Of a DNA stretch of 45,547 nucleotides, positions 8,367 to 17,200 are shown one piece after another. The notes under the pieces are model-generated. The model worked only from the letters and a program-made list of their open reading frames with translations, was not told the DNA's origin and made no database searches. This stretch comes from a virus (taxonomy: Duplodnaviria > Caudoviricetes). Where the stretch lies: positions 1 to 45,547 of the IMG/VR virus record IMGVR_UViG_3300044849_000010. One strand, given 5' to 3'. The position numbers were made by a program, and so were the translations under genes. The stretch's first letter is position 1. Each line of letters opens with the position of its first letter.

Positions 8367-8393
8367 AGAGCCGGTCTTGACCGGCTCTTTCTT
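8367..8393 (+). terminator. Probable terminator/attenuator hairpin
   Basis: AGAGCCGGT-CTTG-ACCGGCTCT followed by TTCTT. Confidence 0.6.
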
Positions 8394-8417
8394 CATCCAG
8401 CCCAAGGAGCTACCGAA

Positions 8418-9344
8418 GTGAAAGAAGCTTTCAGAGAATACAAATTCCAGCCGCGTGTTCTCGCGCGCATCCAACTCGCCAATTCAATCCTGGAGGATCT
8501 TGCCCGGCAGGGATACAGCATCTCCCTCCGCCAGCTCTACTACCAGCTCGTCAGTCGCGGCGAGATCCCGAACAGTCAGAAGGAATACAAGAAGCTAGGC
8601 GACACCCTGTCCAAGGCGCGCCTCGCCGGCCTCGTCGACTGGAGATCCCTGGAGGATCGCGGCCGCAGCCTCAAGGGATGGGACGGCAGCGACGAGAGCC
8701 CGGCCGAATGGTTCGCCGGCCTGGAGAGCGCCTACTACAAGGAATGGTGGCGCGGCCAAGAGAATTACGTTGAGGTATGGGTAGAGAAGGACGCGCTTGC
8801 CGGCGTCGTCGAGCGGCCGTGCGGCCGTCACCGCGTCAGCTATTTCTCCTGCCGTGGATACTCGTCGCAGTCCGAGCAGTATGCGGCCGGCAAGAGGTTC
8901 GCTCGCGCCGCCAGCCAAGGCAAGAAGTGCCACGTCATCCACCTTGGAGACCATGACCCGAGCGGCCTCGACATGACGCGCGACAATCAGGATCGCCTCG
9001 ATATGTTCTCGGAGAACAATGTTGAGGTTCACCGGATCGCGCTCAACATGGACCAGATCGAGGAGCTTCGCCCGCCGCCGAACCCTGCCAAGATGACGGA
9101 CGCCCGCGTTGGCGGGTACATTGCCGCGCACGGCCGCAGCTCGTGGGAGCTGGACGCCTTGCCTCCTGCCTACATCGACAGGATCATTGACGAGGCCATC
9201 AGCGAACTGATCGACACGGTAGCGCTCGCGGCCGTCAAGGCGCAGGAAGAGGAAGAGAGGACGGAAGTGTCCGCGATCGTCGAGGCGATCGGCAGCAACT
9301 ACGAGGACATCAGGAACCTCCTCCGCGACAACGACTACATCTAA
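8418..9344 (+). CDS. TopoVI-A/Spo11-like protein (wHTH + TOPRIM; Mini-A-like)
   Basis: SLRQLYYQLV (Spo11/TopoVI-A catalytic Tyr-type motif), VEVWVEKDAL, CRGYSS, HLGDHDPSGLDM (DxD), WELDAL. Confidence 0.75.
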   Translation: MKEAFREYKFQPRVLARIQLANSILEDLARQGYSISLRQLYYQLVSRGEIPNSQKEYKKLGDTLSKARLAGLVDWRSLEDRGRSLKGWDGSDESPAEWFAGLESAYYKEWWRGQENYVEVWVEKDALAGVVERPCGRHRVSYFSCRGYSSQSEQYAAGKRFARAASQGKKCHVIHLGDHDPSGLDMTRDNQDRLDMFSENNVEVHRIALNMDQIEELRPPPNPAKMTDARVGGYIAAHGRSSWELDALPPAYIDRIIDEAISELIDTVALAAVKAQEEEERTEVSAIVEAIGSNYEDIRNLLRDNDYI

Positions 9345-9380
9345 TCGAGAAGACGGCGCGGATAACCATGCCGCGCCGAC

Positions 9381-9408
9381 TTGACATATCGGCCATGACC
9401 GGATTAAA
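9381..9408 (+). promoter_or_regulatory. Possible sigma70 promoter
   Basis: Perfect TTGACA at 9381 in an intergenic gap, directly after hairpin CGGCGCGG/CCGCGCCG; -10 box weak. Confidence 0.35.
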
Positions 9409-9455
9409 GAAGTGACTAGACACTTCGCCTCGCTACCACGAAGAGGAACCGGATC

Positions 9456-9818
9456 ATGGCTACCAAGTACAGCGCCCGCGAATGCAACGAATGCGGCTCC
9501 AGCTACACCCCCATAAGATGCGACGAGTTCTTTTGCTCCGTCCCATGCCGCAAGACATTCGACAACCGGGCGATGACGCGCGGCCGCGAGCTTTATCATC
9601 TCTTCATGGTCATGCGCTATGAGCGCGGCCTTGCCAAGGCGTTGGGAATTTGGGCGATCATGTGCCGCATGGCGCTGATGTGGCGTGAGGAGGACAATGT
9701 CCAGCGCGCCGGCCGCAAGTCTTGGATGGCACCGAAGCGCGTCGTCGAGAAGTTGCCCGTCTCGATCAAGTCCAGCGGCGTGTACGTCGGAAAGGAAACG
9801 ATCGGCCGGCGCGGTTAA
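9456..9818 (+). CDS. Hypothetical Zn-binding protein
   Basis: CNEC...FFCSVPC; RBS GAGGA. Confidence 0.7.
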   Translation: MATKYSARECNECGSSYTPIRCDEFFCSVPCRKTFDNRAMTRGRELYHLFMVMRYERGLAKALGIWAIMCRMALMWREEDNVQRAGRKSWMAPKRVVEKLPVSIKSSGVYVGKETIGRRG

Positions 9819-10168
9819 CCGCCCTTTAGGCCGCCGTCGATGATGAAGTTGACGACGCTTGTCGCGAACGCGCCGGCAGCGGCGGCCATGATAAGGATGC
9901 GCGGGCGCTTGCTGTTCTCGGTATCTTCCTTGACGGCCGAGATCTTCTCTTTCACGTCGCGCTTGTGGTCATGGAAAGATGACTTCACGTCAAGGAACCC
10001 CTCGCGGATCATCATCTTGATATCTTCCATTCGCTCGTTCGCGACGGCAAACTTCTCGTCGATGTGTTTTTGCGTCACCTCGACGACGGTGAGGCGGCTC
10101 GAAAGATCGTCAATGCGGCGCGTGATCTGCGTCATGTCCTGCATCCATCTCTTATCGTCTTCACCCAT
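9815..10168 (-). CDS. Coiled-coil protein with C-terminal TM helix; possible holin-type lysis protein
   Basis: Last gene of the lysis cassette; hydrophobic ILIMAAAAGAFATSVVNFII. Confidence 0.55.
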   Translation of the reverse strand: MGEDDKRWMQDMTQITRRIDDLSSRLTVVEVTQKHIDEKFAVANERMEDIKMMIREGFLDVKSSFHDHKRDVKEKISAVKEDTENSKRPRILIMAAAAGAFATSVVNFIIDGGLKGG

Positions 10169-10196
10169 TGCCCCGCCTGTCCTGCTTGAAGAATGA

Positions 10197-10481
10197 TTAA
10201 CGGCCGGAGGCCAGCTCTGCCTTGCGTGCCGCGCTGGCGGCCGTGTGCCGATCGCACTGCGACGGGCCTAGAACGCCACTCGTGCAACTGCCGGCAATAG
10301 TGCGGTCGATCTTTCGTTGATCGTCGATCGTTTTGCCTTGAGCCCCAGGCAGAGGCGCAACGACATCGTCCAGTTCAAGGAAGTTTACAGGAGCCCTTGC
10401 GGAAGTCGTACACCCCGCCAGCATCGTCGCAAGCATCATAACCGCTAATGCCTTTGGTCGCGCGATCCTTGAAGCGTTCAT
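10197..10481 (-). CDS. o-spanin (Rz1-like lipoprotein)
   Basis: Basic N-region, hydrophobic core and lipobox LAGC; overlaps the i-spanin in another frame. Confidence 0.8.
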   Translation of the reverse strand: MNASRIARPKALAVMMLATMLAGCTTSARAPVNFLELDDVVAPLPGAQGKTIDDQRKIDRTIAGSCTSGVLGPSQCDRHTAASAARKAELASGR

Positions 10482-10599
10482 TTTCTTCAACCTGCTTTAG
10501 GCGTTCGGCAGTCCCGCCGATCTCGCGTTGCTCTTTGATGAAATACCAGAGGCCGCCGATGATGGCGACCCCTAGCGCAATATAAAGATAGAGCTTCAT
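10375..10599 (-). CDS. i-spanin (Rz-like)
   Basis: N-terminal TM, helical periplasmic part, two C-terminal Cys; directly after the endolysin. Confidence 0.8.
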   Translation of the reverse strand: MKLYLYIALGVAIIGGLWYFIKEQREIGGTAERLKQVEENERFKDRATKGISGYDACDDAGGVYDFRKGSCKLP

Positions 10600-11597
10600 G
10601 CGCGGATTTCCTCAACTTTCTTCTCGACCTGCCGGACGTCGCGGCTCTTGAGATAGAGCAGGATGCCGCCAGCCATGCCGATGCCGGCCATGACAATCAA
10701 GAGGTTTTGCCAAGGCATGCCGCCGACAGCGCTCAACGCAGCGGCGAGGCCGCCGCCCGTCACCGTGGAGACGACTGTCTCCCTCGACTTCCACCACGGA
10801 GCATCCATGCTGTCTGGCGTGACCGCGACAGGCACGGCCTTCTCTTCCGTGACCGGCGCGGCCGTGACTGCCGAGTGAGGGACGTCGAGATCCTGCATGG
10901 CAGCAAGAGCCAGATGGATCGCCGATCGCGTCTGAGGGCCATCGTCGCCGTCCAGGTTGCCAGTGTAGCGGCCATGACCCTTCGCCCACTTCTGGAATTT
11001 CAGGATCTCCTCCGGACCATAGCCGAGAACGACGAGGCCGAGCCGCGTGTAGTAGTCGAGGCGATCCGCATAGCCATTGAGACCGCCGTTGATGCGGCGA
11101 GTAATCATCTCCTGATCGCCCTTGTCGGCGTAGCGGTTGAGAGACTTGCGTTCCGGGTTGCCCTCGTCCCAATACCAGATAGGAGCGAGCCCCTCCCATG
11201 GATCGGTATTCAGGAGATCCGGATTGGAGACGAAGTCCGGAGGGTTGAGGCCCTTCCGCTTGCACCATTCATAGAAGCGCTCGTAATTGTCCCGGCCGGT
11301 AATCTGGATACCCGTCCGCCCCATATACTTCTTGCCGTCGCCGTCCAGCTCCGGCGTGTTGCCGAGATCCGTCCGCGTGTCATAGCGGGCCTGTGCCTTG
11401 GTCGGACCCCATAGCTCGCGGTCATAGCGGAACGATCCGCTTTCGTGCATGAGCTGCGCCATGAACGGCACGAAGCGATGGGGCAGATGGAGACCGGCGA
11501 CTTCGCCGTAGCTGTCGAGCGCCACCAAGACGGAGGCGAGATTTGCTGCATTGACCGAGCCCTTTGCGGCGCGGCGGATCTGGTCTGCGGTAATCAT
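10596..11597 (-). CDS. GH19 chitinase-like endolysin with PG-binding segment and C-terminal hydrophobic helices
   Basis: FMAQLMHESG, YMGRTGIQITGRDNY, ITRRINGGLNGYADR; DGDDGPQT PG-binding-like motif. Confidence 0.9.
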   Translation of the reverse strand: MITADQIRRAAKGSVNAANLASVLVALDSYGEVAGLHLPHRFVPFMAQLMHESGSFRYDRELWGPTKAQARYDTRTDLGNTPELDGDGKKYMGRTGIQITGRDNYERFYEWCKRKGLNPPDFVSNPDLLNTDPWEGLAPIWYWDEGNPERKSLNRYADKGDQEMITRRINGGLNGYADRLDYYTRLGLVVLGYGPEEILKFQKWAKGHGRYTGNLDGDDGPQTRSAIHLALAAMQDLDVPHSAVTAAPVTEEKAVPVAVTPDSMDAPWWKSRETVVSTVTGGGLAAALSAVGGMPWQNLLIVMAGIGMAGGILLYLKSRDVRQVEKKVEEIRA

Positions 11598-11608
11598 TAT
11601 TTTCGCCT

Positions 11609-14194
11609 TTATAGCTGAGTTATAACCACGCCCGTAGGTGTTCCGAACTGGTGCGACGGCGCGCCAAAGAATATCCGGAACGATGTTGCGGACGTAATGC
11701 TAGTGTCAACGTTCACTTGGATCGTCGCTACGTTCCCGCTGACACTTACAGAAAACGCAGGATCTGCCATGGTTCCTGATTGCAGCGCCTTCGCAAGCCC
11801 CGCCACTGCTACTACGCCGCTCAACAAACCGGACGCGTTTGCCAAGCTGACAACCAAGATGCCGGACGCTACTTGCCGTCGGACAAACGACGCATCGGAC
11901 ACTTGGATCATAAATGGGATGTGCAGGGCAACCGCTGCGTTTGCTTCGCCGAGGTTGATATTCAAGACGTTAACAGTGCCGGCGTCCGTCAGGTCCGTGT
12001 AGTGCGCGCGATTGACGTGCATGGCCTTCAAGGTCTTTGACGGCTGAACGATCTGGATCTTTTCTCCGAAGAACTCGCCTTCATCGGCGGCGTTCGTTTG
12101 CATGTACGATTTGAGGACGTCACGGCGATATACCTGAAACCCACCGCCGTCAGCGCCATTGACGTGGCGAGTGAATTTTCCGTTCGTCCGGTCGAAGACA
12201 GCTCCGTCATACGCGTAATTATATGCACTCGCGTTCGTATAGTCTTCAATCCCCGGCGTGGTCCCGGTGATGTTGATATTCAAGTACGAGATGCACTGTT
12301 CCGTGGCCCCGAACATGGCGAGTGCAGGGTACTTCAAGTCGTTGAAGTCCATCACGCCTGTAACAGTTATCTTGCTGTTGTTGCGACACACGATCCCGCG
12401 TGAATACTTGTCGATATAGCCAGTTGCGATCTGGCCACGGGAGTTTTCGTCGAGCAACAAGGCCGCAAAGTTTGGTCGAGGAATTTCAGTTGGCTCGTCC
12501 GGGTCTCGACGCTCGTTGTAGAACGTGCCGATATCCAAACCTCGAATGTCATTCGCATAGATGCCTATACCAAAGTATTCAGCCTGGACCGATGGAATAG
12601 CAACCACCTTGGCCCTACGAATGCTGAGGCCGACGGTCTGTCGAACTACCTTATAGTTCCAAACTTCGCCAGGAACCTTCTGCACGTCGAAAGTGCTTCC
12701 CGAGAAAAGCGGGTTCTCCCAATTCGGCGGGACGTGCCAATCAGTGAGACCGTCAGAGGAGCGCATGACCACATCGCCATATAAAGATCCAGATGCAGTC
12801 CACGCTACACGGTCAAAAGACGTGCTAGGCGTGTTGACAGTGACAACCGTATCCGCAGCCTCGATGCCTGGAACGCCGGGGTTGGTGATGATGATGCCCG
12901 AGAGGTCGAAGCAGCTTTCCCCACTTGTCGCCTCGCCAGTGACACCGCCCAAGTTTACACCGCCCGATCTGCCAGCCTGGACATACACGCGCCTGTAATC
13001 GACGCCCAGCGGATGTTCCCACGCGTCGTCAAAGAAGATCGGCAGATCGCAGTTCGAGATGTAAAGGTCATGTGCCTTGGCAAAAGTTGCCGAACCTTCC
13101 TGGTCTGTGCCGAGACCGTAACATCCGTCCTCTCCATTCCCTTCAATACGGAAGCCCGACAGTTCGTAGTTTTTAGAAGGCTTGATGATGAACCCCTGAA
13201 ACCCAGGAGCAGCTTTGATTGTGCAGCCGCCGCGCGTGGTATCGCCTATCATGACAAGGTCCGACCCCGGCGGCGAAGCTATTTCCCCGTTTACCACCAG
13301 CGTGCCGCCGTTCTTAAACAGCATAGGCTTGCCCGTCGCGGCGGCTGCTTGCAGTGCGGCTGTCGTACCAGCAACACTTTCGCCAAAGCCCGCATAGTTT
13401 TCCGGCCGCACAGCGTTGCGGTAGTTGTCGATGGCCTGACGAACCCGCAGCGGCGGCATGATTGTGCCGAGGGAGGAGAGGTCTTCTGTGTCGCCCTCAT
13501 CCGCAATAACGTAGCCGGTAGCCGCACCTAGTGCGTCGGCAGCGTATTCATTTGCAAGAGCCGCAGATGCAGCCGAGTTGCCAGCCGAAGCCGAGGAGGA
13601 CGCTGCGCTAGACGCCGAATTGTAGGCAGAATTAGCGGCGGCTATTGCGGAAGCGGCCGCTGCGCTAGATGCCCCTACGACGGCCTCCGCCGCAAGCGCA
13701 ACGATGTCAGGCCCGCCAATGATCTCGTCGCCGACCTTCATCAGCGTGCGATTGTCCTCAATGTCGCGAAGGATTTTGTACGCTGTCTCACCAAGCTCGA
13801 CCTTTGTCGCAAGCGCCACGTCGCGAGCTACCTGCTGGACCTGCATCGACAGATTGTCAAAGGCACGCTCGTGTGTCTCAGGCTGAAAGCCGCCTTGGTT
13901 GCCGATCCGCGTTGTCTGACTGTAAGGGATAAGCCGATAAGGGATGATGATCTTGCCGGCCGGAAGGGCGACAGCCGGATACGGATAGATGACCGTTCCA
14001 CCCGTATCCTCACCAAGGAACGAAGGCGCGACATAGAAGCCCGACGTCACGTCCTCCGCGTTGCTGCCGTCGAGATCCGTAACCCGCAAGACCAGATGAG
14101 CCGCGCTCGTGATCTTGAACCCGAAGTCCCATTCAGTCGTGACGCCATCGGTGAGGTAAGGCCCGGCAAATGGGCTTGTAGGCTGTACGGTCAT
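11609..14194 (-). CDS. Tailspike/tail fibre (receptor-binding protein, probable beta-helix depolymerase)
   Basis: Podovirus anchor N-terminus (DGVTTEWDFGFKI...HERAFDNL), Ala/Ser linker, then TTAALQAAAATGK and beta-rich body. Confidence 0.8.
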   Translation of the reverse strand: MTVQPTSPFAGPYLTDGVTTEWDFGFKITSAAHLVLRVTDLDGSNAEDVTSGFYVAPSFLGEDTGGTVIYPYPAVALPAGKIIIPYRLIPYSQTTRIGNQGGFQPETHERAFDNLSMQVQQVARDVALATKVELGETAYKILRDIEDNRTLMKVGDEIIGGPDIVALAAEAVVGASSAAAASAIAAANSAYNSASSAASSSASAGNSAASAALANEYAADALGAATGYVIADEGDTEDLSSLGTIMPPLRVRQAIDNYRNAVRPENYAGFGESVAGTTAALQAAAATGKPMLFKNGGTLVVNGEIASPPGSDLVMIGDTTRGGCTIKAAPGFQGFIIKPSKNYELSGFRIEGNGEDGCYGLGTDQEGSATFAKAHDLYISNCDLPIFFDDAWEHPLGVDYRRVYVQAGRSGGVNLGGVTGEATSGESCFDLSGIIITNPGVPGIEAADTVVTVNTPSTSFDRVAWTASGSLYGDVVMRSSDGLTDWHVPPNWENPLFSGSTFDVQKVPGEVWNYKVVRQTVGLSIRRAKVVAIPSVQAEYFGIGIYANDIRGLDIGTFYNERRDPDEPTEIPRPNFAALLLDENSRGQIATGYIDKYSRGIVCRNNSKITVTGVMDFNDLKYPALAMFGATEQCISYLNINITGTTPGIEDYTNASAYNYAYDGAVFDRTNGKFTRHVNGADGGGFQVYRRDVLKSYMQTNAADEGEFFGEKIQIVQPSKTLKAMHVNRAHYTDLTDAGTVNVLNINLGEANAAVALHIPFMIQVSDASFVRRQVASGILVVSLANASGLLSGVVAVAGLAKALQSGTMADPAFSVSVSGNVATIQVNVDTSITSATSFRIFFGAPSHQFGTPTGVVITQL

Positions 14195-14206
14195 GCGGCA
14201 ATCCCC

Positions 14207-17200
14207 TTATTTGGCAGGCCTTGTTAGCACGATATCGCGAAGCTGGAAATCATCTTCCTCGATTGCCCTCCACACATTATCGACGGACGTCGCAAGCTGC
14301 CCGGTCGGCAGGTTGAACCAGAGGCCAGCCCCGTTGATGACCACCTTCGACGCCTTGCGCGCATCTGCCTCGCCCTCGACGATGTCGCCTACAAGCTCGA
14401 TCGGCTTAACGATCATATCGTTAAGCGTTCGCTCGATCGGAGTGAAGGAATAATCGAACCCGTTGTTGAAGTAGTTGGCGAAGTCGCGAGCGACAGGCAC
14501 GGCCGCGACGGGATAGAGCGCAACCTTGCGGAGTGCCCACTTCTCCCAATCCTCATCCTCCTCCGGACCCTTGCCCGTCAGCATCTCGCCGAGGAGCGCC
14601 GGCCCGATCGTCATGAAGACCTGACGCGCCAGGAGCTGCGGAAACTCGCGGACATTTCCGGCCTTGACCGCTTTTGCTGCATCACGGCCCCACGCCCGTT
14701 GGCGGTTGTAGTAGGCGGCAAAGTACGAATAGAACATGGTCACGAGCTTCGTCAGCTCATTGCGGCGCTGGAGCGCGGAGAGATCCTTTGCCCCGCCCGA
14801 ACCCTGAGTGAGGCGGACAACCTTGTCCGCGTGAGCGATCGCCCCTTCCTTGTCTGTCGGATACCTGGAGAGATGGTCGCGATAGGCGGCCATCCATGTC
14901 GGCACAGTCACGACGCGGTCGAGGTAGCCGATACCGTAGAAGGCGAAGCGGCGAGCCCTGTCGGCCGCCGACGTCGCGCCCGTCAGCTCGCGGAGGCGTT
15001 CCTTGATGTCGCGGTCAAGCGTCTGCTGCCGGAACTTCATCTCGCCGGACAGGCTGTCGACCTCGCGCCACATGGCGGCCGGGTTAAGGCCGAAGTCCTT
15101 GATCGCTCCGGCAAGGTGCTTGATCGGCACCATTTCCGCCGAGGACGAGATACCGGCAATCTGTGCCAGCATGGTCGAGACGCGGAAGCCCATGGCGACC
15201 ATCGTCGCCCGCGAACGGACGGAACGGAAAACCTTGTTGACCGCGTTGAGCCCCTCGTTGGGCTGCATGTCCTTCGCGATCGACTGGAGCCATGGCGTGA
15301 TTTGTTGATAGATCGCCTTGCCGTAGCGCGTCTCGATCTCGTTGCGGACTGCTCCGTTGGTGACGAACTTGACCGCGTCCATGATCGCCTCGCGGTGCGT
15401 CAGGTCATGGATGACGCCGTTGATGTGGTTGCCGATCGCGTCCAGGTCGAAGAGCATCGGCCGCGCGTACATCTGCGCACGTTCCTTCGTGAAGCCCCGA
15501 GGAGTGTCCGGCCGGAGATACGTGTTCTCAATGAAGAGATCCGCATTGGCGGCCGCGCGGTCCTCGACGTCTGCCGATCGACGCGGGTCATAGATGGCCG
15601 GATAATAGCCGCCCTTCATCTCCTTGCCCGTAGGCGTGACGAACTTGCGCGCCTCGACCTTCGGCGGCACGACGCCGGCAAGACGTTTCTGGAGCGCGGC
15701 GATCTCAGGCCAAAGCGAGTTGATGATGTCCCACACCTCTTGCACGGTTTCCCATTCCGCATCGTTGAGGTTGGCAACGGCGCGATCGAGGATCTCTTGC
15801 GTCCAGCCTTCACCCCGGAGCATCTTATCCAGGTTGCTCGCGTTGCCCATGTTGAGCGCGATCGCCATGATCTCGGAGCGCCGGAACGTCTGCGCCACGC
15901 CTGGAATAGTGATCCGAGCGGTCAGGCGATCCTTGTCAAGCTTCTGGAAAGCCATGGCGATCTTGGCCGCGTATTCAGCCCGAAGCTCGTTCTCGCGCGC
16001 CTCTGCCTTGGCGATCGGCCGCCAGATGTAGCGGTTGAACGGCCCGTTCACGTCGCCGCCATCCATCCAGTCGAACACCTGTTCCATTTTCAACTGCGAC
16101 GCTTCCAAGCTGCGAGCCGTCTCCAGCGCGAGCATGACCGGCGTCGGGTTGCGAGTGCCGGGTTCCTTCCGCTTGTCCTGGTGAGCCTCCAGGGCGGCTA
16201 GCATCTCGTCTCGCGCGCCGAGGAACTCGCGTTGTTCCTTGTTGGAGAGGAGCTTGTCCTTGAGCCGGCCGAGATGCTCGATGTTCTTGACCGCGTCGCG
16301 AACGGCAAGGAGATCGTCAACCGTCATCTCTTTGTACGGCTTGCGGAAGGCGTCGCGGCGGAGGACGTCCGGCACGTCGACGATATGACCTTGCGCCTCT
16401 TGCTCCTGTATCCAGGCGGCGAGGCTGTTGCGGCGCTGTGCATCCTTCAAGGAGATCGACTTGCGAAGGTCGAAGCGTTCAAGGACGCCCTCGATTTGGT
16501 CGAGGTATTCAGGATCAATGCCCTTCGGACGCGTCCTGCCGGCGAACTTGTTGAGGTAGCGGACGGCGCTCTCTGTGTCCTTCTCCGCCTCGCGCGCCTC
16601 GACGGCCATGAAGTGATTGAGGACTTGCCGTTGCTTCGCGGAGACGGCCGCCTTCCAGTCGCCGGCGATGATAGCCTTCTCCACCTCTTGCGCGGCCCGA
16701 AGGTTCGCATTCTGGTAGAGCTTGACGCGGACGGCCTCGCGAATGTTCTTGCCCCTGACGGCTTCGCGCGCCACCCGTTGAGCATCCTGTTTCCGGAGCT
16801 TGGTAGTGACTAGCCCCTTCTTCATCAGGACTTCCATCTCCGCCATGAGCAATTCGCCGGTAGCGTCATTGTCGATAGCGGCCGAAACCTCACGAGCGCG
16901 CGCCACAGCGTCACCCATCAAATCGCCGAAGCGTTGGCGCATGCGAAGGTCTGTTTCTTCGACGATCGCCCGGTTGAGCGGCCGCGCGGACATGATGTTC
17001 GTGAGCATCTCGTGGCCGGACGGATATCCGAACATCTCGGCGAGGCTGTCAGCGTGCAGGCCATCGGCCGCCCGGTAGAGAGGCGGAACGCTCTTCGGCA
17101 TCTTGAGCAACGCGCCCTCGCCCATGACCTCGACGATACTGTCTCGATCGAGATAGACCCGCTGCATGGTCTCCGGCAGCATTGTGGTCTTGCCGGTGCG

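Noticed and set aside
13540-13700. Repeat-like GCN/TCN-rich tract
   Set aside because: Encodes the ordinary Ala/Ser linker of the tailspike; not a DNA repeat array.
11609-14194. Diversity-generating retroelement as in BPP-1
   Set aside because: No reverse transcriptase ORF and no template/variable repeat pair seen.
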